In this document: in pieces, positions 27,125 through 37,300 of the stretch
Layout: each line of letters opens with the position of its first letter
Numbering within the stretch: the stretch's first letter is position 1
Virus record (IMG/VR): IMGVR_UViG_3300021425_004462
Coordinates: 58,060-122,059 of that record
Length of the DNA stretch: 64,000 nucleotides
Origin: a virus
Direction: 5' to 3' (one strand)
The notes under the pieces: model-generated
The model's input: the letters and a program-made list of their open reading frames with translations, nothing else
Database searches by the model: none
What the model was told of the DNA's origin: nothing
Made by a program: the position numbers and the translations under genes

Positions 27125-30100
27125 TTAAAAATTATTTTCTAGTTTAGATATTCTTTCTTCTAAAGACTCTATTGTTTTTTGTTGCTCTTTAATAGCTCCA
27201 ACTAAAAATGGAATTATACCATCGTATTTAAGACCAAGGTATCCATCTTCTCTTTGCTTAACTAAATGAGGAGCAATCTTCTTAACATCTTGAGCGATCA
27301 AGCCATAATCTTTTCCGGAATAAATTTTAGACTTATTATTCCACTCAAACTCAACTCCTTTTATTGATAATATTTTAGATAAAGGGTTTTTGATTTCAAT
27401 AATATTATCTTTAAGTCTTTTATCTGAAGAAGATCCATAGAAAGCCACAACATCTCCAGTTACAGTTAAACTAGTTCCTGTTATATCTCCTCCGTTCAAA
27501 CTTGAGCTTGCATTTATGGTTGTACCATTTATAGTAGGAGAAGTTATCGATGTGCTAGTTAAATCAGTTATAGTTGCTTCAGCGGAAGTTATATTTTTAG
27601 CATTAGAAATAGTTGCATGATTTATTGTAATGAGATCTGAAGCAGACTGCCCTAATGCAAATTTATTATCGCCGTTAAGTATTCCTGCCATAAAGAAATT
27701 CTCATTATGAGTTCGTATATAAGCAGTGCCATTATTATCGTAGTCATCTTGATCTCCTATAGTAAGAATATCTTTCACTACAGATGATTCTGTGATTAAT
27801 AATTTTGTTGCGACACTAGAAAATTGTGCACCTAAACTCCGCCAATCACTTGTGTTTTGATCTGGGCGCTTATTAACATTATCTCTTAAAGCTATATAAT
27901 CAGAACCGCCGTAACGAACTATATCTACATTAAGATTATCCCCTACAGCGCCCTTATAATTGGTTGCATCATTCCACTCCCCCCTATAACTAGGCCCTGA
28001 GCCTCGCTCGCCCCTATCACCTTTAAAAGTCACAGAGAAAGTTTGCTTTTTAGTGATTGGAGAGGCAGAAACTTGACCCTTAAAATCCTTAACTGTAATA
28101 TTATAGTTAATAAATGCTCCATTATCTGTAGATTTAAATCCAGAAGCATCAGCAAAAATTAATGTTTTACTTGAAATTGATTGAGATCCGGCAGTTATAT
28201 TTGAAGAAGGGCTCGCTTGAACAAAAAATTCTCCATCCGATAGCTGAGACCCGCTAGTTACTTCGCCCGCTGCGCTTCCATATTTTCTAGGTGTTAATGC
28301 AACACTTCCAAGGAAAACTTGAATATTTGTACCAGATCCAGTTGGTGATGGATCATTTTCTAAATCATAAGTTAAGCCATGATGCTCATTACTTAATATA
28401 ATAGTGGTGGCATTAGAACCAGCTCTTAAAGCAAAAATACTTATTTGATCTGAAGCCAATTCAGAGTTGGCCGAACCTGTTTCAGAAAAATTACAAGTTA
28501 TAGTCGCTAAAAGACTCTCTGAAGTACCTTTAATATCAGCGGGAGGCACATAAACAATTTCATCTAAATCTTCAATGTAAGAGCCTTCGGTATAAGATCC
28601 TCCCCCTATTCGTTTTAGTGTGCCGAGTCCACTTTTTGAATATTTATAAAATTTATTCCCCCCAAGATCATTGCGAGGGGCAGCGCTTATAGTTATATCG
28701 CCAGAAGTTATTTTGGTTAAATCATCTTCATTGTAAGATACGGCCTGAACTGGAGATGCGGTCAGATCAACCGCTCTAGCAGGGCTTCCCTCTTTATTCT
28801 TACTTAAACTTTGTCTTTTTGTAAAAGTTTTTGATTGTCCGTCTTGATCCTTTACAGTAATTTGGTAATCTATATGAGCTATATTAGAGCTAGATGTCCA
28901 ACTAGCTACCTTAAAACTGGGCTTTGTAGTGTTAGAATCAAGAGTTACTCCTGATAGAGTAGTTTCAACATGAAATTGTTCAGGTGCTAAATTTGCCTTT
29001 ACATTTTGATAAGAAAAAGATGTAACCCCCTCAAAAACAGATATAGTATTTAAAGTATTATCAAAATTTAAATTTTCTTGGTTATTAGCTCCCAAGGTTA
29101 CAGGTACATTTGAAAATTCTTGAGACATAACGACCGTCAAGGCATTAGAGCCTTCTTTTAACCCGAAAATAGTAGTCCTGTCTTCAGCAACAAATTCAAA
29201 GTCGGAACTTGATTCATTATTACTTCCGTCCCAAGATCTGCATTTAATTTTTATAGGAAGATCGTTAGATTCATAGGTTCCAGCAATTTTGCCGCTTCCA
29301 GAACCTATAGCGAGAGTTATTTTTTTATCTTTTGTTTTATAAGAAGCTGGAGGATTATCTATATCGTTAGGTACAGGTTTAGTGCCTAGGGGGGGATGCA
29401 ATATTTGCCACTCATTATTTGTATTACTGTATTTATAAAAGATAAATTCGGGATTATTATTATGAAAATTAAATCCTTCTACCTCTACGTCTATAGATGT
29501 AGGAGCCCTAACATTCCCAACGGTATCATATTGTATTGTTTGGTCTGTTACGCTTAATTCAATACCCCTGCTTTTCTTACCCTCTCTTGATTTTGTGAAG
29601 GTATACTTTTTATCAAATCTAACAGGAGGAAATTCATCATTAGCAGAATTATCAACGTATTTATTATCAAAAATAGGTAAATCAAGCACAGCTTCGCTAA
29701 CAATATTATCATTAGAATCTATTAATCTTTCAGGTAAATTAAGAATTTCTAATTCTGCCAATTTAACTTGCGCTCCATCTATAGTTCTAGTTATGGTATT
29801 TATTCTATAGTTTGTACCCAAAGTAAAATCCTTTAAATTATGAGCTATTGTTCCAACACTATAAGAATCACTTTCGTATGGACTGCTTGAATCAAAATTA
29901 TAATACTTGTGTCCCCTTCTAAATATTATAGCCGTTTTCCCTTCAGCCAATAGAGACGTTGTAACTTGGCCATACTCATCCGCAACATATGTATGATTTT
30001 CATTCTCTAATAAAACAGTATAAGAATCATTTCCGGGCTGACTGCCGTATACAGTAACAAAGTCGCTAGCTAAAAACAAGTCGGTAGGGCCATTGCCTAG

Positions 30101-33100
30101 ATCTACATTTTCATGTATAGCAGAAACTTTACAAGTAAAAGGAGTCATGGACATTCTTGGTATATGGTCTCCATATTTGTCAATCAGACTTGCTGTACCC
30201 AGAGCGCCATTAATTGACCAATTATTTTCATTATTCTCCAACAAAACAAGGTCAGATGGTTTCAAGCTTTTTCCAGTATAAAAATCAAACCTGACATTAC
30301 CAAAAGTATTAAAAGCGCCAGCAGATAATTTTAAATCATTGCTTTCGTTTTTATCTTCGTCAAAAAATCCATCAAAATCATAATTATATATTTGATTCTC
30401 GACATCCAAATCAACATAAACCGCAGACGCTCCATCTGCAACAAAATCTACAGCCAAAGATCTCTCCATAGAAGTCTTAGCTCCAGAAACATTTATTATA
30501 ACAGAACTATACTGAGGCAAAATACTTGAACTAGATTCATCATTAAATCTTATCATTTTTTCAAAACCAGTAACCGAAAGCTCTGCTTTTGCTAATCTAG
30601 CTCTAAGCGCTCCGTCCGAACCATCGCTAAATAATGATGCGTCATATTTAAATCCTGAAATTTCATAAAGATCTCCATTTCTAGAATTCTTAAACTGATC
30701 GTAAGAGAAAAATTCATAACCATCAGGAGAAGACAATCTAAAAAGAACATCATGAGGACCCATGGTACTATTTTGATATGTTGCAGTAAACACGCACTTA
30801 TCTTCTTGCCTTGCAGGTAAATATGTACCATCAGATTGCTCTACATACATAAAAGATTTAGGCTCTGCACTCATATCAAGAAAAGTGTATTCTGCGCCAT
30901 CAAATTGTTTTAATTTTCCAAAAAGGGTCAATGAGTCTCCATCGAAAAACAGTTTTCCATCAGGAGTTTGAAAAACGAATGTTCCATCTCCACTAACAGC
31001 GAAACCCTGTTGAGGAGCCCCATTACTATCTTTGCTATCTAAGCCTCCAAAACCTGCACTGCGAATTTGCCCGCTTAAATTATTGCCACCGATTTGTAAA
31101 TCTTGACCATATATAACTTCAGATCTTAACTTATCTGCAGTCAAATTATGGATCTTAGCATTTGTTATCGCTGCATTTTGTATATGTGCACTACCTATCG
31201 AAGCATTGGAAAAAGAATGCCACATAGGAGAAGGTATACCCCCTGCATTTCTTGCTATAATAAAATCATCTGTTTCACCAAGTAAATTAATCTTTGCTTC
31301 GTCAACTCCTATACTAGTTCCCTCTCCTGCGGGATGATAGGATGAAGTATCATAACCTCCACTATAAACTATATTTCTTAAAGGATTTGATATTTCTGAA
31401 GTAAGCAGCTCATTACCCCCTCCTTCCCCTACAAGGCCAAGCTCCTCTTTTTGCTGAGAAGTTAACTGTACAATATTTTTATCATGAGTAGGTATTCTTC
31501 CAGTAGCGCTCCAGTAAATAAAAGGGTCTTCTGTTTTTCCAGCTTCAATAACATAACCCGTGCCTTGATAGTAGACAAAGTGCCTCACCCATTCTACAGA
31601 ACCCTCAGAAGTATTGCCTTTAAATGGATTATTTGGCACTAGAGAAAGAGTGTTGGGAAATGCGGTGGTTATATTTTGTTCAAAATCAGATATATCTGTA
31701 GTTTTTACTTGTCCCAAAGTTAACTCTAAACCCTCTAAATTATCAGAGCTTGAGTTACTTGAGCCAGTGAAAGGTCCTTTATTTCCCGCAAAATCTACAG
31801 GTCTAACCCAAAAATATCTACGATCATTTGCGAGACCTTTTTGAGAAGCTTGCACTGAAGGAGCAGAAGCATCTATATTAAATATATTAGTAGCATTTAC
31901 GATATCTCCAGCAAAGTCATTAAATTCTTTAGGGATCTCGCCAATTGTATATTGAACTCCTTCAATTCTTCTATATCCTGTAGAGTTTTGATGTTGACTC
32001 AAAAATTTTCCGTCGCTGAACTCTAAAAATTTATCAGACAAACCTGTGGACTGCCAAACTTCATAATAATCTATATCATTAGGCTTGCTATTAATTAACC
32101 CATTATCTTTTATTTGTGAACCGGGCTGAGACCAATTCAAGAAATAATTTTCAAATGAAGTATTCCCTTCAAGCCCTTCAACCGGTCCAGGAATTTCGTC
32201 TGTTGTTATATTTAGAGCTGGCCCAGGGTATGAATTAGGATTTCTTGAATAATAATTTTTAGGTAGAACCCATACTTTTTCTAAGTTTCCCTGATTATTA
32301 GTGCATTCGAAAAGCTGACCGCTACCAAAATCATCGAAAGGTAATATCTTATAATAATAACCTGTAATTTCTTCTCCAACTTCAGGGTTATCGTCAATAA
32401 TTTGATTAATATTATCACCAAAACTTAAATCTCCTGCACCCAAAACGCTTTTCACGAAAGGAGCTTCTCCCCTAATAGGTTTTTTATTAGAATCTAGAAT
32501 AGAAAAATTTTCTTTATCAGACCTATATAAAACAACTTCGCTAGTTTTTTCGCCTCTTCCATTGGCGTAATTAAAATTAAATTTTACTTTAGTTACTTGA
32601 TCTTTAGAATCAGCGGTAAAACCTTGAGTCTTAATGACTGGAGGAGGATTATCTCCTATGATTCTTTCTTTTTGAATTACTTCCCCTAAATTATTAATAA
32701 TACCAAGCTCTAGACCCACAGATCTTTTACCGCTTTCAGGCAGATACTTATCTCCATGTATTTGATTATTTAATTCGCGAGTATATTCAAAGTTATAAAA
32801 AACCTTGGCATTATGTATGTTTCCTACAAGAGGTCTATTACCAAGGTCGTCTACATTCGATGACAAAGTATCATTACCTTCGGTTATTCCAGTTAAAAAT
32901 TCATTAGTATGAGGATCAAATAAAGAACCGCTAATTCCAACTATTCCAGGAACAACATCTTGTTTAAATAAAAATTTATATTGATTTAAATCTACTAAAT
33001 TACCGACGCCATCAACAACATCCCAATTAAAAATGAGATCATCTTCTCTTTCGTCAAATCTAATATTATCTAACTTAATGGAAGTAGCAACTTTTTTTAG

Positions 33101-34354
33101 AGTTCCGCCTTCCTCTAAGCCATTTTCTGTTAAATTTAAATATTCTTGAATACCATATTCATCAACGGCGGCAAAAGAATAATAATAATCAAACCCAAAT
33201 TTTTGTTGATTTGAAAAATCTTCCTTACTTCCAGCTTTACCGAACGAACCAAAAATTGGAGGTTTTCCAAGATCTTGCCAGTATTCGGTTGAGGGAGGAG
33301 AAGTATTGCTTGGGTCATTTTGGTGATTTTTCTTAGCTTCATATACCTTACCATCTTCAAATAAAACTTTATCTCCAATATCATATTGAGTTGTAGATAA
33401 TTGAGAATATTCTTCTGCATCTCTAATCGAAGTATAATAATTGACATTATCAACAATGCTATTTGAGCTATAAATTTCATAGTCCTGCTGAATATAAAAA
33501 CCTTGACAATTTAAATTTAAAAAGTCAGTATCTGCACAAATATATGACGCATTGAATTTCCCACCCTCCATATTATATAGAAAATTATCTATATTAGATG
33601 GGTAATTTATTCCAGTCATAACCCCAGTACAAGTTCTATTAAACTTATCGTGAGCAACAATCTCAAGGGTTAAATTTCGATCTATATCTAATTCATTAAA
33701 AAAGTTTTCATTTAAATTTATAGAAAAATCCCTATAGTTATTTAATGAACCTAAAACATCTTGAGACAAAAGGATATCTCGCAACGCTTCTGATTCGCTC
33801 AATATAGAGTTATCAATTGCCTCGGGATTCTCACCGGTTTTAAAGGATAGTGAAAACTTATTAAAAAAAGTGTCGCCGAGCAATTCGCTTGAAAGAACCT
33901 GACCCTCTTTTGCATGTCCGTATGGAGCTATCAAACTCCAAGATATATCTGCGGATCTTCCTACGTATTCTGATTTTATGTAAAGAGAATCTCCCTGTGT
34001 TAAAGGTTCTTTAATAATCTCTTTTCCAATAGATGCATCATTAGGAAGATTATCTATATTAATATCTGAAAATGTAAAAGTATTTTCCAAAAAATTAGGA
34101 AAAATTTCAATTCTATCTTGAATAAATTCAGAACGAATACCTATATCACTTACAGCAAAAATTCTAACATCAAAAATTCCATAATTACCCTGAAGGGGAA
34201 CTGATTTGAAAACACTATCCCCTTCACTTTCAACCAAAGATGAGCCCCTTCCTAATTCGTATCTAAATGAGTAATTATCAGAAGTGCCAACAACTTCATA
34301 ACTTGCGTTAAGGTCGTTAACCGTAAATTCTACACCTATAGCTGTTCTAGACAT
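27125..34354 (-). CDS. Central tail fibre, distal part (FN3-like, DUF1983-like and repeat modules; C-terminal peptidase S74 chaperone)
   Basis: YFWVRPVDFAGNKG (FN3-like); NASIGSAHIQNAAITNAKI; SSDKRLKDNI...W...G.IAQ (S74). Confidence 0.85.
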   Translation of the reverse strand: MSRTAIGVEFTVNDLNASYEVVGTSDNYSFRYELGRGSSLVESEGDSVFKSVPLQGNYGIFDVRIFAVSDIGIRSEFIQDRIEIFPNFLENTFTFSDINIDNLPNDASIGKEIIKEPLTQGDSLYIKSEYVGRSADISWSLIAPYGHAKEGQVLSSELLGDTFFNKFSLSFKTGENPEAIDNSILSESEALRDILLSQDVLGSLNNYRDFSINLNENFFNELDIDRNLTLEIVAHDKFNRTCTGVMTGINYPSNIDNFLYNMEGGKFNASYICADTDFLNLNCQGFYIQQDYEIYSSNSIVDNVNYYTSIRDAEEYSQLSTTQYDIGDKVLFEDGKVYEAKKNHQNDPSNTSPPSTEYWQDLGKPPIFGSFGKAGSKEDFSNQQKFGFDYYYSFAAVDEYGIQEYLNLTENGLEEGGTLKKVATSIKLDNIRFDEREDDLIFNWDVVDGVGNLVDLNQYKFLFKQDVVPGIVGISGSLFDPHTNEFLTGITEGNDTLSSNVDDLGNRPLVGNIHNAKVFYNFEYTRELNNQIHGDKYLPESGKRSVGLELGIINNLGEVIQKERIIGDNPPPVIKTQGFTADSKDQVTKVKFNFNYANGRGEKTSEVVLYRSDKENFSILDSNKKPIRGEAPFVKSVLGAGDLSFGDNINQIIDDNPEVGEEITGYYYKILPFDDFGSGQLFECTNNQGNLEKVWVLPKNYYSRNPNSYPGPALNITTDEIPGPVEGLEGNTSFENYFLNWSQPGSQIKDNGLINSKPNDIDYYEVWQSTGLSDKFLEFSDGKFLSQHQNSTGYRRIEGVQYTIGEIPKEFNDFAGDIVNATNIFNIDASAPSVQASQKGLANDRRYFWVRPVDFAGNKGPFTGSSNSSSDNLEGLELTLGQVKTTDISDFEQNITTAFPNTLSLVPNNPFKGNTSEGSVEWVRHFVYYQGTGYVIEAGKTEDPFIYWSATGRIPTHDKNIVQLTSQQKEELGLVGEGGGNELLTSEISNPLRNIVYSGGYDTSSYHPAGEGTSIGVDEAKINLLGETDDFIIARNAGGIPSPMWHSFSNASIGSAHIQNAAITNAKIHNLTADKLRSEVIYGQDLQIGGNNLSGQIRSAGFGGLDSKDSNGAPQQGFAVSGDGTFVFQTPDGKLFFDGDSLTLFGKLKQFDGAEYTFLDMSAEPKSFMYVEQSDGTYLPARQEDKCVFTATYQNSTMGPHDVLFRLSSPDGYEFFSYDQFKNSRNGDLYEISGFKYDASLFSDGSDGALRARLAKAELSVTGFEKMIRFNDESSSSILPQYSSVIINVSGAKTSMERSLAVDFVADGASAVYVDLDVENQIYNYDFDGFFDEDKNESNDLKLSAGAFNTFGNVRFDFYTGKSLKPSDLVLLENNENNWSINGALGTASLIDKYGDHIPRMSMTPFTCKVSAIHENVDLGNGPTDLFLASDFVTVYGSQPGNDSYTVLLENENHTYVADEYGQVTTSLLAEGKTAIIFRRGHKYYNFDSSSPYESDSYSVGTIAHNLKDFTLGTNYRINTITRTIDGAQVKLAELEILNLPERLIDSNDNIVSEAVLDLPIFDNKYVDNSANDEFPPVRFDKKYTFTKSREGKKSRGIELSVTDQTIQYDTVGNVRAPTSIDVEVEGFNFHNNNPEFIFYKYSNTNNEWQILHPPLGTKPVPNDIDNPPASYKTKDKKITLAIGSGSGKIAGTYESNDLPIKIKCRSWDGSNNESSSDFEFVAEDRTTIFGLKEGSNALTVVMSQEFSNVPVTLGANNQENLNFDNTLNTISVFEGVTSFSYQNVKANLAPEQFHVETTLSGVTLDSNTTKPSFKVASWTSSSNIAHIDYQITVKDQDGQSKTFTKRQSLSKNKEGSPARAVDLTASPVQAVSYNEDDLTKITSGDITISAAPRNDLGGNKFYKYSKSGLGTLKRIGGGSYTEGSYIEDLDEIVYVPPADIKGTSESLLATITCNFSETGSANSELASDQISIFALRAGSNATTIILSNEHHGLTYDLENDPSPTGSGTNIQVFLGSVALTPRKYGSAAGEVTSGSQLSDGEFFVQASPSSNITAGSQSISSKTLIFADASGFKSTDNGAFINYNITVKDFKGQVSASPITKKQTFSVTFKGDRGERGSGPSYRGEWNDATNYKGAVGDNLNVDIVRYGGSDYIALRDNVNKRPDQNTSDWRSLGAQFSSVATKLLITESSVVKDILTIGDQDDYDNNGTAYIRTHNENFFMAGILNGDNKFALGQSASDLITINHATISNAKNITSAEATITDLTSTSITSPTINGTTINASSSLNGGDITGTSLTVTGDVVAFYGSSSDKRLKDNIIEIKNPLSKILSIKGVEFEWNNKSKIYSGKDYGLIAQDVKKIAPHLVKQREDGYLGLKYDGIIPFLVGAIKEQQKTIESLEERISKLENNF

Positions 34355-37300
34355 TATATACTTAAATCTGAAAGGATTAAACTTGTTGGGGCTTCAGGCA
34401 AAGTCATATTAGCCTGAGGCGGAATTGGCATTAAAGGAACTCTAACAGACGAGTCCTTGTCGACAAAATTAAATTTAGAAGAGTTATACTCAATACCTTG
34501 AACTTCATATTGATTGTTATCTAATTCTTTTACACTTAATGTCCTAAATAATTGAGATTCAAAAGCCCTAGAAGCTTTAGTGCTTACATCTTCAACAAAA
34601 TAAATTTCTCCTTTATCGGATATTGTTGCGCCTTGAAATTGCTCATAAGCAGAAGTAGAATCAATTAATTCTATAGTATTAACATCAATATATATTGTAT
34701 TCCATTCTTTATTTATAATATTATTTAAGCCCTGATTAGAAGAATTGAAATTTTTAATTTTTATTTTTCTATTTTTAAATAAATCAACTCCATGATTTTC
34801 ATTTAATTTTATTATAAGAGCGTTAACGTTTTGCCTAGAGCTGTCTTCTGAAGAGCTTTCTATACTCAATATCTCAGATTCATTATAAGCAGGATTCGAA
34901 GATTCTTCTAAATAATTACTAACTTCTGAAGGAACCGATGTTGGGATTTGATTAGAGTTGGAAGATTCTCTAAGTTTCAAACCTAAAAATTGACTAGACA
35001 CATGAATAACATCAAAATTTCTATCTCCTAATAAATATGTATCACCTACAGAGTACCCAGATATGTTATTATAAACATATATTCTTATTGGGTCAGGGTT
35101 GCTACCTTCATACACAACCGCAGCCCACGAACCTCCAGATATTGCATCGAGGTAAAACCATGCAATTTTATTCTCTCCAAAAGAATGCGTTTTTGCTATT
35201 TCTGAATTACTCCACACCCAACCTATTTCTGTCCAAAAAAACCAAAACCCATCATTCCCAGAATTATCTTTATTAACCATATTTCCTAAGTACAACCAAC
35301 CAAAACTCACAGACCAAAACCAATCACTACCCTCAGGATTATATATTTGTCCAAATAAGCTTGAATTATAAAATTTGTCAGGCTCAGGGTTACCTGATTG
35401 ATTAACAAAAACTCTATTCAAAACCCCGCTATAGGTAGAAGGTTGCCCTCTGGAGCCGCTAGATCCGAAAAGGCCTCTTAAAGAGAATGATGCACCTATT
35501 TCTAGCTTTTTGAACGCTTTTAAGGTTGCTTGGGAAATAGAACTACCTATATCTTCTACAGAAACAAAATGCTCGCCACCCTCATTAAGGAAGTAATCTT
35601 TTCCTTCGTCAATTATATTAACCTCCTTACCATTGGAGGTTTCTGATACCTTAAACGTATTCGATGTAGAGTTTATTACAAAATAAGAACTAACCCCCTT
35701 CTTTTCTTTATCTAAGCCAGACGGCAAAACCCCAAGAGAAGAAAATCTAACTCTATCACCATCCTGAAGACCGTGTTTATATATATTTATTGTATTAGTT
35801 GCAGTGTCTACAAAAAATTGAAATTTTATCCTTAAATCCGAAATAAGAGTTTTTTGCCCTTGAGGCCCTTTGTTTTTAAGATTTTCATCAACAATTATAG
35901 ACCCATCGAATCTTAAAGCTTGAGGGGCGCCAATAGAATCTATATCTATATCTTGATCCTCTTTAGATATTTCATTAATAGCTCTTGCAGAAATAGATTC
36001 ATAAGTTTCTCTATCAAGCCCAGTATTTATTAAAATTTCTACACGCCTGATATTAGGCACATTCCTTAAACTCTTATCTATTAAAATACTTAACCTATCT
36101 TTTTCTTTTGTATCTCCATTTTCATCAATATATTCACTTTTTGTTAACAAATCAAGTATTCTTCCACTCATAGACTCTCCACTTCTATTTTCGTCAGACA
36201 CCTCGAAAACCGAACCTGGATAAAGAAATGCTCCTTCCGTACCAGTAACAAATTGAATTTTTTCTGATTCTAAATTAGAAGAAGCAAGAACCCATTTAGC
36301 TAATCTCCTGGCCATACTTTTAGAAGTTATCCCTAACCCCATAGTTTCTTTTTCTATATAACCATATATTTGCATAGCGGCCGGATCTTCTTCGTAAACA
36401 ACATCAGGCTTATAGTTCTTTTCTCTATTATTAAATCTTACAAGACTCGCGGTAATTTTTTTATTCCTTGCGAATCCAGAATATGAAAACCCTTCTTTTT
36501 TTCTTACATTAGAATTGTTAAATAGAATAATTGGATTTTTTTTCGAATCTTGCACTACTGATATTTTACCCGCGGTGTATATAACCATACCCCTGAATAA
36601 TGAAGCTAGAGAATTAAGAGAGTTAACTGCTTCAGACTGTTCAGTTAAATATAGATTGCAAGCAAATCTTGGTTCAACAGTAGAATGGTTAATCTGAGTA
36701 GCGCAAGCTCCGATTGTCTTTCTAATATTGCCATCAGCATAAGATGATGGCACATCATTAAAAGCTGGCCCAGATAATGTTAAAACCATTTTACTACCAT
36801 TTAACACTTCAGACCTTATCAAAAATCTTTCCTCAATATTGTACTCCCCGCTCCTAATTGAAGAATTTTTAGATAAATTTTTCCTTACAGCTATGGCTTT
36901 CGATGAAGTCCCTGAGATTTGATCATCAGAATAATTATGTTGATGAATGAAAAAAGCAACTTTCTTACCTTGGAACTGTTGATTTTTTCCAAAATCTTTT
37001 AAAAAATCCTCAACCCCATATGCAACTTCTTGTATATTTCCAGAAACATTTACGTATTGAATAGAGTCAATAGTTATAGTAAAACTTCCGGCAGAAGTTC
37101 CTGAATTATAGTCTATATCATTATTTGTAGTAAAAGCCAAAGGGAATCCCGTTTTAGTTTCTATTGGATAATTAGTCTCAACAAGTTCATCGCAATATTT
37201 TGATATCTTATAGAGCTGCCACTTATCAACCATTAAATCACTTACGCCGTATCTACCAAGCCCATACCTATAATTAGTTAACAAATCAAAAAAGACCCAA

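Noticed and set aside
27110-27135. Terminator between the convergent 26300-27121 and 27125-34354 genes
   Set aside because: Only 3 nt separate the stop codons and no GC-rich hairpin is visible.
34331-34335. GTGTA inside the start of the 27125-34354 gene
   Set aside because: Downstream of the ATG, followed by G rather than W, and with no suitably placed start codon.
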